A DNA stretch of 64,000 bases, taken from positions 238-64,237 of the forward strand of contig JAADII010000144.1 in NCBI GenBank assembly GCA_013151415.1. Reading direction: 5' to 3'. Of the stretch, positions 49,167-58,792 are shown one piece after another. This DNA comes from Chloroflexota bacterium. Its GTDB lineage: Bacteria > Chloroflexota > Anaerolineae > J102. The notes beneath the pieces were generated by a model, which did not search any database, was not told where the DNA came from, and saw only the letters and a list, made by a program, of their open reading frames with translations. Numbering within the stretch: position 1 is the stretch's first letter; each line of letters starts with the position of its first letter. The position numbers and the translations under genes were made by a program.

Positions 49167-49991
49167 ATGAAAGTTGTTCGTTCATTACACGTTCGCATTG
49201 CTCAAAAAGGATTTAAGGGCGCGATCCTGGATTTGCTCAATCCACGCACCTGGATACGCGCGCTCAGGCGTCGCTTGTTGCAATATAAACAACGGCGTTT
49301 TGCAAGTGGAGAGAACCTTGTAGTGGTCGATCTGCCCACCCTCACAGTGGATAAGAATCGGCAGATCTGGAACGATTATGATTGGTCATTGAGCGGTGAG
49401 GAGTGGACCGATCATGTGCGTGAATATCGCGGGCTTGAGCCGAAGCAGTGGAAGCAGGCGTTAATCGACGGCATGATGCGAAAATACATTCAGCCGGGCT
49501 CTGTGGTGCTTGAAATTGGCCCGGGCGCGGGGCGTTGGACTGCTGAACTCGCGCCTTTGGCCGGTCGGTTGCTGGTGGCGGATATCACGGAACGTTGCCT
49601 GGATATTTGTCGAGACCGATTCCGGGAATATGCACACATTGAGTATTATCTCATCGAGCGGGGTCTGGATTTTATCGAGGATAACTCTCTGGATTATATA
49701 TGGTCTTATGATGTGTTTGTACATATTAATCCAAGCGATGTTTCTGCATATATCCGCGATTTTTTCCGGGTGCTCAAGCCCGGCGGCATAGCCATTATTC
49801 ATCATGCTGGTCAATATCCCACGGAGAAAGAGCGTCGACAAGGCTTGCGAACCTACATGAGTCGGGATTTGTTCGCTCATTTCGTGGCAAAGCATGGTTT
49901 GAACATGGTTGAACAAAATGAGAAACTGGCCCACAAGCCTGGCGATATTATCTCGGTGTTTGCCAAACCCTCATCTTCATTGGCTGGATGA
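49167..49991 (+). CDS. Class I SAM-dependent methyltransferase
   Basis: VLEIGPGAGRW, DYIWSYDVFVH, RVLKPGG. Confidence 0.88.
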   Translation: MKVVRSLHVRIAQKGFKGAILDLLNPRTWIRALRRRLLQYKQRRFASGENLVVVDLPTLTVDKNRQIWNDYDWSLSGEEWTDHVREYRGLEPKQWKQALIDGMMRKYIQPGSVVLEIGPGAGRWTAELAPLAGRLLVADITERCLDICRDRFREYAHIEYYLIERGLDFIEDNSLDYIWSYDVFVHINPSDVSAYIRDFFRVLKPGGIAIIHHAGQYPTEKERRQGLRTYMSRDLFAHFVAKHGLNMVEQNEKLAHKPGDIISVFAKPSSSLAG

Positions 49992-50043
49992 TGCTGTCAG
50001 GGGTTTGGGCGATGCATCTGAAGCCGATGAGTGAGTAAATTTT

Positions 50044-51375
50044 ATGAAATCTGTTGACATTGTCTATCTTTACGAACATGTGGTGCGCGAACTGGATGTT
50101 GCTTGCGCAGTGAAGCATTATCTAGAACGCGATGCGGGCCTTTCCGTCGAGCTGGTGCAATATCCTTATGGCGTTCATCGGGCTATTGCGCAAGTGCGGC
50201 CGCGAATGGTGTTGTTGCCATTTTGCTATTACGACTGTTTTGCTTTGCCTAAGCACAGTTTTGGCGCTTGCTTGGTTGAATGGCCTCAAGCAATATATGT
50301 TAACCTGGCTTGGGAGCAGCTTCTTTATAAGGGCAATCAGGCCTCGAAAACCCCGACTGGCGAATTTGCACTGAAGCACGTCTTTCATCATGCCTGGAGC
50401 GAATCTTTTCGCGATCTTTTGCTGGCTCAGGGCATTCCGTCCAAGCGCATTTTTCTCAACGGCCACCCCGCCTATTCCCTATACGATTTTCCATATAAAG
50501 ATTGCTTTGTTTCGCGCGCCCAGTTGGCCGCGACATATGGGCTAGACGTGAATAAACGCTGGGTGTTTTTCCCCGAAAATTACAACTGGATGTTTTACAC
50601 CATGAGCGATTTGAAACGTCATGGGCAATACGATCGCCAGCGAGAACGCGTCGATGAGCTCGTTCGGTTTTGTCAGTCGTCGTTCGCTCGAGTGATGCGC
50701 TGGTTTGTCAATCTGGCGCGCGAGCGCGATTTTGAGATCATCGTGCGGCCGCGTCCCGCCACGCCCTTAGAGCAGTTCGAAGCCAAGGTGCGAGAGACGG
50801 TCCCTGATCGACCTCCGCAAGTGCGGGTGCTCAAAGAAGGCACAGTGCGCGAGTGGATATTGGCCAGCGATATCGTGGTCACCTCACATAGCACGAGCTT
50901 GATCGAAGCTGCGGTTGCGGGGAAGCCGGCCTACATGCTCGAACCCCATCCTATTCCCGAAAACCTGCACGCGCCCTGGCATGATCTGGCTTTGCACTTG
51001 CAAACCGAAGAAGCGTTTCGGCAGGCCATGATGACGCCGAACGACATGCGTGAGAATCGTTTAGGTCAATGGGCGCGCACAACGCTTATGGCCAACGGCG
51101 ATTCCATTTGGAACCTGGCCCAATTTGTGGCCGATCTTTATGCAGGGCGCATCGAGCCGCCCCCGCCGGCCACCTATCGCAGCCTTATGCCGCCCGAGTT
51201 TCGTTTTCCTCGTCTGGCGTTCGAATATCGCAAATTTCGGGGGCGCAAACAGCGTCATGCTGCGCCAAGAGCCATCAACCCCAAATATGAGAAAGACCTC
51301 CTGAATCAAGAACAGTTGGAGCAACGCATGGCGCATTGGCGCGCCTGCCTAAACGGCTATCGACCGAATGCTTAA
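50044..51375 (+). CDS. Surface carbohydrate biosynthesis protein (TIGR04396-like, GT-B)
   Basis: EHVVRELD N-terminus, GHP, IVRPRP, STSLIEAAVAGKP. Confidence 0.6.
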   Translation: MKSVDIVYLYEHVVRELDVACAVKHYLERDAGLSVELVQYPYGVHRAIAQVRPRMVLLPFCYYDCFALPKHSFGACLVEWPQAIYVNLAWEQLLYKGNQASKTPTGEFALKHVFHHAWSESFRDLLLAQGIPSKRIFLNGHPAYSLYDFPYKDCFVSRAQLAATYGLDVNKRWVFFPENYNWMFYTMSDLKRHGQYDRQRERVDELVRFCQSSFARVMRWFVNLARERDFEIIVRPRPATPLEQFEAKVRETVPDRPPQVRVLKEGTVREWILASDIVVTSHSTSLIEAAVAGKPAYMLEPHPIPENLHAPWHDLALHLQTEEAFRQAMMTPNDMRENRLGQWARTTLMANGDSIWNLAQFVADLYAGRIEPPPPATYRSLMPPEFRFPRLAFEYRKFRGRKQRHAAPRAINPKYEKDLLNQEQLEQRMAHWRACLNGYRPNA

Positions 51376-52758
51376 GTGAACATTCCTCTCAGGCGCGATG
51401 CGGTAAGTCAAAGCGATTTGAACATTTTGCAAATCAGCACCTACGACCACGCTGGTGGAGCTGAAGCGATTGCTTATGGTCTCTTTCGCGCCTACCGTAG
51501 GCGGGGTTTTGGCTCTTATATGGCGGTGGGCGTGAAGCGTGGAAACGACGCACATGTTTTTGAAATCCCTCGTTCGCGCAAGGCTGAACGTTGGCGGCGG
51601 TTTTGGTTGGGCGTCCGACGACGCGCGCATGCCCATGACGTCCTGGTCCGCGCATGCTTGCGCATGGCCGCGTTGGGAGAGCCGCAACGCTGGCTGGAGC
51701 GGCAGTTTGGTGTTGAGGATTTTAATTTCCCAGGAACATCTCGATTGCTCGATCTAGCGCCTCATCCCCCCGATATTTTCCACGCCCACAATTTGCACGG
51801 AGGATATTTTGATCTAAGGGCGTTGCCGCGTTTTTCTGCTTGGCGTCCTTTTTTTCTCACCCTCCATGACGCCTGGCTGCTCAGCGGACATTGCGTCCAC
51901 TCTTTAGATTGCGACCGTTGGCGGATAGGCTGTGGGCGGTGTCCTGATCTGGCCCGGCCCATTGCCATTAAACGAGACGCGTCGGCCTACAATTGGCGAC
52001 GAAAGCAGAGAATATTCGAACGTAGCCGCCTGTATGTAGCCACGCCCAGCCAATGGTTGATGGACAAAGTGGCGCGCTCCATGCTTCAATCGGCCGTGGT
52101 CGAGGCCCGAGTGATTCATAACGGCGTCGATCTCACCCTCTTTCATCCCGGAGATAAACTCGAAGCCCGACAGGCGCTCGGCTTGCCGCGGCATTCTTTG
52201 TTGGTTCTGTTCGTTGGTCGCGTAGCGCGGCGAAGCCCGTGGAAAGACTATGTCACGATGGAGCAAGTGGTGAAGCGCCTGGCGTCACAATGGGAAGCCG
52301 ACCCAATTACATTTCTTTTTTTGGGCGAATCTGGTGAAGCCCAACGCATGGGCTCAGCCACCGTTTTGTTAAAGGGTTTTCAGTCAGATCCGCATCAGGT
52401 GGCTGCATATTATCGCGCGGCCGATGTTTACATCCATGCTGCTCGCGCGGACACGTTTCCCAATGCGGTCATCGAAGCCATGGCCTGTGGATTGCCGGTG
52501 GTGGCCACCGCGGTGGGCGGGATCCCCGAGCAGGTTCAGGACGGCCGCACCGGTTTTTTGGTTCCGGCTGGCGATGCCGAAGCCATGGCCGTTCGTTTGT
52601 TTCAGCTCTTGAAAGACGAACCTTTGCGCCAACGCATGGGTGCGGAGGCCGCGCTTGTAGCTCGCGAGCGTTTCGATCGCGAGCGCATGGTGGATGACTA
52701 TCTGCATTGGTATCATGAGGTTCTGGCCCACCGGTTGGATGACGATGCAGGCGGCTAG
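51376..52758 (+). CDS. Glycosyltransferase family 4, paralog of 47696-49072
   Basis: Shares LNILQISTYDHAGGAE, HNLHGGYFDLR, ARPIAIKRDASAYNWRRK, SPWKDY with the upstream GT4. Confidence 0.9.
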   Translation: MNIPLRRDAVSQSDLNILQISTYDHAGGAEAIAYGLFRAYRRRGFGSYMAVGVKRGNDAHVFEIPRSRKAERWRRFWLGVRRRAHAHDVLVRACLRMAALGEPQRWLERQFGVEDFNFPGTSRLLDLAPHPPDIFHAHNLHGGYFDLRALPRFSAWRPFFLTLHDAWLLSGHCVHSLDCDRWRIGCGRCPDLARPIAIKRDASAYNWRRKQRIFERSRLYVATPSQWLMDKVARSMLQSAVVEARVIHNGVDLTLFHPGDKLEARQALGLPRHSLLVLFVGRVARRSPWKDYVTMEQVVKRLASQWEADPITFLFLGESGEAQRMGSATVLLKGFQSDPHQVAAYYRAADVYIHAARADTFPNAVIEAMACGLPVVATAVGGIPEQVQDGRTGFLVPAGDAEAMAVRLFQLLKDEPLRQRMGAEAALVARERFDRERMVDDYLHWYHEVLAHRLDDDAGG

Positions 52759-52926
52759 GAACGCGGTGTGGAGATGGGGCGTTTTGGCATGAGTTCATGC
52801 CTTGCATAGGTCATTGGGAGAAAAGCTCTCAATCATGAACAAAACTGACATAACACGCGCCGCTCTGGTCGAAGAGCTTTGTTCTCAAGCGAATCTCACC
52901 CTTTAGTTTGCATTTTCTACAGCAAC

Positions 52927-54954
52927 ATGGTTATCGAAGCTATCGGTTCATTCCTTATCGTTATCGTTCTCTTTCTCATTGGCATTGGGCCGGCCTTGTG
53001 GTTGGTTGCGCCTGGCGAAAAACGCATCGCCTACGCGGCCGCTATTGCGCCTATTCTCGGCCTTTCCTTCATCGGTCTGGTGGGGTTCACGCTCTTACGC
53101 TTTGTGGGTCCGGCGCGAATATGGGTCTGGCCTCTCACGCTGATCTTGTTTGTTTCGAGCGTGATTGGCGTGGCGTTCGATTGGCGCCGACGCCGGGAGG
53201 ATTATCGTTCATTCGAGGGTTGGCGCTCTTTGTTTGCTTCGGCCGTTTTGGTCTTGTTGTGCGCCGGGGTTCTGGCAGGACCGCTTTTCAGCAAGGGGAT
53301 CAACTACGCAGTCTTTCGCGGCAACCCCAGCGACGCTTTCACCTATATGTCGGTGGCCGAGACATTCCGGGTGGTGGATTGGCCCACGCTCGAGGCCGGC
53401 GCGGACATGAGCAATCTAGAGGGGGTGGCGAAACTGGCCGAGATATCGCCCACCGCGCTTTACTCGGCCCGCATGATTCTCAAACCCATTCGTTTGACCA
53501 CTCAGGTTGGGTTTGCCTGGGCCGCACAATGGCTGGGCTTGGCCATCGAACGGTTTTTCTACGCATATAACCTTATATCCTTTATCATCGCCATTCCTTT
53601 GGTGTTGGCTTTGGCCGCGCAGATGCGGTTGCCGAAAAAAATGGCGTGGCTGGCCGCGTTGGCCGTTGTCTTTGGTTTTTGGGCGCGGTTTCTGTTGGAG
53701 ATCGATGCGGCCGCGCGCATGAATCTCTTACCGCTGTTTCTGTTCTTCGCCTTCGCCTGGATTCAGCTTGAGAAAGCCCCGTTGCGCGCGTTTTCTCGCG
53801 AGCGCGTTTTGTTGGCCCTGGCCTCGGCCGCGTTGGTCGCCTTTTATGTGCAATCCGTTCCCATCGCCGCGTTGGCTATGGCCTTCTATTATGGTTTGGG
53901 GATGATACAACGCGCTGTTCCTTTCAAGGCGCTTCTTTTCCATCTTATCACCTTAGCGCTCGCTCTGCTTTTCATCTTGTTGGGTTCGCAAGTTGATTTC
54001 GCATTGAAGACGTTGTTTTGGCAAACGCCGGTGGTGGTGGGAAACACCTCGCCTCTCACCGATCTAGACGCCCTGCTATATCTTTATCGCGATGGCCCCG
54101 CGGCCCTTTGGGGAACCCCGTTTTCCCTGTTGGCGGAAGCGTTTGCGCTTGGCCCGAGTTCGCTTTGGCGCTTGGCTGGTTTCATCTTGGGCGCTGCGCT
54201 CACACTGGTCTTCCTGGTTCTCGCCTGGCAGGGGCTACGCAATGTGCGACGCATCGACCAGCGCATTCTCCTCGCTTTGGTGGGCGCAGGCGCGTTCGTC
54301 GCAGCCGTTATGTTTGCGACCGGCACTTACTGGGCTTCGGGCCGCGCCTTCACCTATGTTTATCCTTTTCTTGTTCTCAGCATTATGGTGTTGTGGAGTG
54401 AGAATGACGCACAGGCTGCGTGGTTGTCTGTGGCCCGAAAGCTGGTGGCGGCCTGGTTTGTGTTGCAGGTTTTGTTTGGGCTTTCGTTGCCTTATGTTCA
54501 TCTCACGCAACTCAAGCCTTTCCGCACCGCCAACGCCAATAAGCCAGAGGATTACGACGTTTCGGCTCTGACGAGCGCGCTGAATGAAGCTGATCCGCAA
54601 TGGTTGGCGGTGAGCGCCCCAAGAGAGGAGGGGCTTTGGATGTTTCCCTATTATCTGATGTTTGTGTTTGACGATTATCCCGTCTATTTTCTCAGCGGCA
54701 TTGGTTTCGACAACAACACAGATTTTCAAAATCTCTGGTTTGGCGAGCTAAACGCCGCGCCCGACTATGTTGTGGTGCGGACGAATTCCGATTTCGTTGC
54801 CGGTGAAGGATGGGGCGAGCTGATCGCGAGCACAAAAGACTTAAGGTTGTATCGGGTGAACGCGCCCAATATCGAAGTCTTTCGCCAACATGAAGCATTT
54901 TTACAAGCTCAAGAGGCCAATAAGCTACTTTTTCCCGGTCTGCACACTCCCTAA
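52927..54954 (+). CDS. Polytopic membrane protein, probable GT-C fold glycan transferase/ligase
   Basis: More than 12 TM; first external loop GNPSDAFTY; soluble C-terminal domain. Confidence 0.55.
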   Translation: MVIEAIGSFLIVIVLFLIGIGPALWLVAPGEKRIAYAAAIAPILGLSFIGLVGFTLLRFVGPARIWVWPLTLILFVSSVIGVAFDWRRRREDYRSFEGWRSLFASAVLVLLCAGVLAGPLFSKGINYAVFRGNPSDAFTYMSVAETFRVVDWPTLEAGADMSNLEGVAKLAEISPTALYSARMILKPIRLTTQVGFAWAAQWLGLAIERFFYAYNLISFIIAIPLVLALAAQMRLPKKMAWLAALAVVFGFWARFLLEIDAAARMNLLPLFLFFAFAWIQLEKAPLRAFSRERVLLALASAALVAFYVQSVPIAALAMAFYYGLGMIQRAVPFKALLFHLITLALALLFILLGSQVDFALKTLFWQTPVVVGNTSPLTDLDALLYLYRDGPAALWGTPFSLLAEAFALGPSSLWRLAGFILGAALTLVFLVLAWQGLRNVRRIDQRILLALVGAGAFVAAVMFATGTYWASGRAFTYVYPFLVLSIMVLWSENDAQAAWLSVARKLVAAWFVLQVLFGLSLPYVHLTQLKPFRTANANKPEDYDVSALTSALNEADPQWLAVSAPREEGLWMFPYYLMFVFDDYPVYFLSGIGFDNNTDFQNLWFGELNAAPDYVVVRTNSDFVAGEGWGELIASTKDLRLYRVNAPNIEVFRQHEAFLQAQEANKLLFPGLHTP

Positions 54955-55193
54955 TTCATTGTCATAGACAACTTCGGGAAGACATCCGCCGCCCATAGAT
55001 TGAGCCTACGGCATCGCGTTGGAGGCCTGCGACCTGGCCCAACGTCCCATTAGTCGCTTGGCGAACGTCATAATGACAAAAGGTGGATTCCGGTTCGAAA
55101 CCGATGTGGTTGGAACGCAATGCACCCAACGTCATGACGCCACCATGTTGAGGAGAATGTGCATGACATTTGCGTCGTGCACACTTGTTTTAT

Positions 55194-57305
55194 ATGTTAA
55201 TGTCCAGGCAGCGCTCTTTCTTTTTATTTGCTCTGGCGGGGCTATTGCTCGCGCTTTCACCATCGTTTTGGCGACAAAGCGAGATAGCTCTCGCCGGAGA
55301 TTATGGCGCGCGCTCGAGCGACAGCGCGGTCAAGGCTCTTACGCTCGCTCCCGGCCCTTATCTTTTTGTCGATGATTATCTGATCGAGAGCGCAGAGGCC
55401 GTGACGCGGCGGGTGAACCAACCTCAACGCCATCTTTCTGGGCCCGTGGTCAACAGCGGCCCCGACTATCAGGCCGGACAACCCTTCCTCTCCGTCGTCA
55501 GAGACCCAGAATCAGGTCGCTTTCGCATGTGGTACAACGCCTGGCGACGACCCGAGGAGGAGGCCGAGACTTACTACGGTCCGGGTTTGGCATATCTGGA
55601 ATCGGATGACGGCGTCAACTGGGAAGCGCCCTATCGACGCCTTGATCTTCCTCTAACAGTGTCCGCCGGCGTGTTGGACTCTGGGCCGAATTTCACCCCT
55701 TTGGCGGAGCGTTTCAAACTGGCTTATGCTTATGTGCAGACTCCGGGATATCGCGATCCTGAGGATTGGTTTAAAACGCGCATTGCTTTTTCGGCCGATG
55801 GTATTACCTGGCGACAATATGAGGCCATCGACACTTTATTTCCGGGATATGGAAACAATGTTCATTATGAGAATTGGGGGGACATCATACACAGTTTCTA
55901 TGATCCCATTCGCGGTCGTTATGGATTGACATTCCGCTATGTTAGCCCGTATGCCTGGACGAATCTGGAAGGGGAAAGCAAATATGAGATCATTCGTCGC
56001 GTGGGATTCACCACCAGTTTGGATTACAAACATTGGGCTGAACCGCGCGTACTTTTTGCGCCAGATGAGAATGATCCCGGCGTCACACAATTTTATGGCG
56101 GGCCGGCCGGGGTTCAACGCCGCGGCGATCTGCTCATCGGCATGTTGAAGGTGTTGCGAGACGATGTAACCGTGAGCGGCGCGCCCGAAGAGGCTTTTGG
56201 CATGGGCTACACCGTGCTAACCTGGAGCCGCGATGGCGAAAACTGGGTGCGCGATCGTCACACCGATCCCTTTTTCGAGCCCGATCCCGCCATTGGCGCT
56301 TGGGATCACGCCTTTGCCTGGATTGATAGCGTGGTCGATGTGGGGGATGAGCTGTATCTCTATTACGGCGGTTATCGTTGGGGACACAAATACAAACCAC
56401 GAGAGGATCGTCAAATTGGTCTTGTGAAATTGCCCAAAGATCGGTTTGTGGCGCGCGAAGCGGGTTCTGAACCGGGCCGCATAATGACGCCGCTGCTCTT
56501 TCTCGACGGCGACGCGCTTCGTTTGAACGTAGACGCCTCTCAAGGTTGGGTGGAGGTGCGCATACTGGATGAAAACAACATTTTGGCGGCCGCCTGTGAG
56601 CGAATTAGCGGCGTAGACGCACTGGCGCAATCGTTGAACTGTGAACCAGCCGTATCCACCCTTTCTGGCCTGCCTGTTCGACTTGAATTTCGGTTGCAAA
56701 ATGCGTCTCTCTTTGCGTTCTATTTGGAATCGGATGCGGTGGCGCCCACCCCCACCCCTCCTCCCACCTGGGATCCAAACTGCGCAGGCTTGAGACAGGA
56801 GGGCGAAGCGGGCGCGCTGTATGGCGCTTTTCAAGCGCGGCCCGACGCCGCCGCCAGCGGCGGCGCCTATGTTGTCGTTCCCAAAGGCAACGGCAATCGG
56901 CCTGATGAACCGGATGAAACACAAAAAGTCACCTTTTGCATATTGGTTTCTGAGCAGGGGCGCTACCGCGTGCGCGGTTGGACTCTCGCTTCTGATGGCG
57001 GTTCCAACTCATTCTATATTCAGGTGAATGATTCCAAACCTCGCATCTGGGGCGTGCCCATAAGTGAGGGGTATGTGCGCGTGGATGCGCCCGGCGAATA
57101 TGTGTTGGACTTGGGCGTTCACACCGTATCGGTGTATTTGCGAGAAGCGGGCGCTCGTCTCGATGCGCTGGAATTGGTGAAAGTGGGCGAGTCGCCAACG
57201 CCCACTCCCACGGTTCGACCCACGCGCACCCCTTCGCCAACGCCGAACGCGCTGTTAGGATTTTTGCCATTGATATGGTTTGGGGACGTTGGCCGCCATC
57301 GATGA
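55194..57305 (+). CDS. Secreted beta-propeller glycoside-hydrolase-like protein with CBM-like domain and Pro/Thr linkers
   Basis: Signal peptide; LFVDDYLI, FRMWY, Asp-box-like ESDDGVNW / SADGITW / SRDGENW, LYLYYGG; PTPTP linkers; C-terminal FLPLI. Confidence 0.65.
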   Translation: MLMSRQRSFFLFALAGLLLALSPSFWRQSEIALAGDYGARSSDSAVKALTLAPGPYLFVDDYLIESAEAVTRRVNQPQRHLSGPVVNSGPDYQAGQPFLSVVRDPESGRFRMWYNAWRRPEEEAETYYGPGLAYLESDDGVNWEAPYRRLDLPLTVSAGVLDSGPNFTPLAERFKLAYAYVQTPGYRDPEDWFKTRIAFSADGITWRQYEAIDTLFPGYGNNVHYENWGDIIHSFYDPIRGRYGLTFRYVSPYAWTNLEGESKYEIIRRVGFTTSLDYKHWAEPRVLFAPDENDPGVTQFYGGPAGVQRRGDLLIGMLKVLRDDVTVSGAPEEAFGMGYTVLTWSRDGENWVRDRHTDPFFEPDPAIGAWDHAFAWIDSVVDVGDELYLYYGGYRWGHKYKPREDRQIGLVKLPKDRFVAREAGSEPGRIMTPLLFLDGDALRLNVDASQGWVEVRILDENNILAAACERISGVDALAQSLNCEPAVSTLSGLPVRLEFRLQNASLFAFYLESDAVAPTPTPPPTWDPNCAGLRQEGEAGALYGAFQARPDAAASGGAYVVVPKGNGNRPDEPDETQKVTFCILVSEQGRYRVRGWTLASDGGSNSFYIQVNDSKPRIWGVPISEGYVRVDAPGEYVLDLGVHTVSVYLREAGARLDALELVKVGESPTPTPTVRPTRTPSPTPNALLGFLPLIWFGDVGRHR

Positions 57306-57333
57306 ATGACCATCTTGTCCGGTTTGGCAGGTT

Positions 57334-57362
57334 TTGCAATTCGCTGGGTCTCCGTGTATATT
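57334..57362 (+). promoter_or_regulatory. sigma70 promoter of the neuB operon
   Basis: TTGCAA-17nt-TATATT, implying a leader of about 190 nt. Confidence 0.55.
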
Positions 57363-57556
57363 GTTTTTGTTGATTCAGTTCATCAGGCGCGTTCCCGACC
57401 GGCGCACCGGTTAATGAGCGTCCGACGTTTTTTGTGCGTCGTTGGCGGAGCCAGTCACTTCTCGCGGGAACTCGTCAGGCGTTGATGTCATGTTTCTTTT
57501 TTGGGTGAGCTTTTGCTCACGATGACCACAATCCTCAGAAAGGAGAGGAGCTACAT

Positions 57557-58621
57557 ATGACGCGCACGTTTGTCATCGACTCTCGCGAAGTCAGCGATGA
57601 AACCGATTGTTATATCATTGCCGAAATTGGGCACAATCATCAGGGGGAGGTGGAAAAGGCCAAAGAACTTTTTCGGGTCGCCAAAGAGTGCGGCGCAGAT
57701 GCTGTCAAGCTTCAGAAGCGAGATAATCGCACCTTGTTTACGCGCGATCTCTACAATAAACCCTATGAACATCGCAATAGTTTCGGGCGCACCTATGGCG
57801 AACATCGAGAGTTCTTGGAGTTTGGATGGGATGAATATGTGGAGCTCAAACGTTATGCAGAGGAGGAGCTTGGCATCACATTTTTCGCCACGGCTTTCGA
57901 CATTCCTAGCGCCGATTTCTTGGCCGAACTGGATGTGCCCGCGTTCAAGATAGCATCTGGTGATCTGCGCAACATTCCTTTGCTTAAACACGTGGCTCAA
58001 TTTCAGAAGCCTATGATCATTAGCACAGGCATGGCCACGTTGGAAGACGTGCGTCGCGCCTACGAGGCCATCATGCCCATCAACCCGCGTCTGGCCATAC
58101 TCCAATGCACGGCCAATTATCCCACGCCCGCTGAAGAAATGAACCTGCGAGTGATTCAGACGTTGCGTGAAGAGTTCCCCGACGTGGTCATCGGTCTTTC
58201 CGATCATTACAACGGCATTGCCATGGCCGTGGCCGCCTATGTATTGGGCGCGCGGATTATCGAAAAACATTTTACGCTCAATCACACCTGGCGCGGTTCA
58301 GATCACGCCATGTCGCTAGAGCCTATTGGCATGAGGAAAATGATTCGCGACTTGCGTCGCGCTCGCGTGGCTTTGGGCGACGGCGTCAAACGCATTTATC
58401 CTTCGGAAGAGACGGCTCTGCAAAAGATGGGCAAAGGGTTGGTGGCCGCGCGCGATTTGCCGGCCGGCCATGTGCTCACCTACGACGATGTGGCTATCAA
58501 GTCGCCCAATTTGGGTCTCCCTCCTTACGAATTGGACCGCATCATCGGACGCAAACTGGCCCGACCTCTCGGCCTCGACGAAGGCATCCACTGGGAAGAC
58601 CTGCTGGATGGAGCGGGTTGA
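57557..58621 (+). CDS. neuB: N-acetylneuraminate (nonulosonate) synthase family with SAF domain
   Basis: IIAEIGHNHQG, DAVKLQKR, FKIASGD, STGM, GLSDH, IEKHFTL..GSDH..SLEP; strong SD. Confidence 0.92.
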   Translation: MTRTFVIDSREVSDETDCYIIAEIGHNHQGEVEKAKELFRVAKECGADAVKLQKRDNRTLFTRDLYNKPYEHRNSFGRTYGEHREFLEFGWDEYVELKRYAEEELGITFFATAFDIPSADFLAELDVPAFKIASGDLRNIPLLKHVAQFQKPMIISTGMATLEDVRRAYEAIMPINPRLAILQCTANYPTPAEEMNLRVIQTLREEFPDVVIGLSDHYNGIAMAVAAYVLGARIIEKHFTLNHTWRGSDHAMSLEPIGMRKMIRDLRRARVALGDGVKRIYPSEETALQKMGKGLVAARDLPAGHVLTYDDVAIKSPNLGLPPYELDRIIGRKLARPLGLDEGIHWEDLLDGAG

Positions 58622-58754
58622 AAAAAAGTTCACCGCCGAGCACGCGGAGGACGCAGAGAGGGAAATGAGGTGAATTGAGCCATGTTTTTCTCTTGAAACC
58701 CCCCACTTTTTCTCTGCGCTCTCAGCGAACTCAGCGGTGGAATAGCTTTTTTCA
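58619..58754. repeat. Inverted repeat built of 9-nt periodic units (CACCGC.GAG..CGCAGAG / CTCTGCG..CTCAGCGGTG)
   Basis: Arms 58619-58660 and 58711-58754, with TGAAAAAA / TTTTTTCA ends. Confidence 0.8.
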
Positions 58755-58792
58755 GGAAATCCAACTGTGAACGGGGAACCGGCGAACAGATA

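Noticed and set aside
57375-57490. Hammerhead ribozyme on the minus strand (CUGACGA / CUGAUGA)
   Set aside because: The required GAAA after stem II is absent; the CTGATGAG at 41271 fails in the same way.
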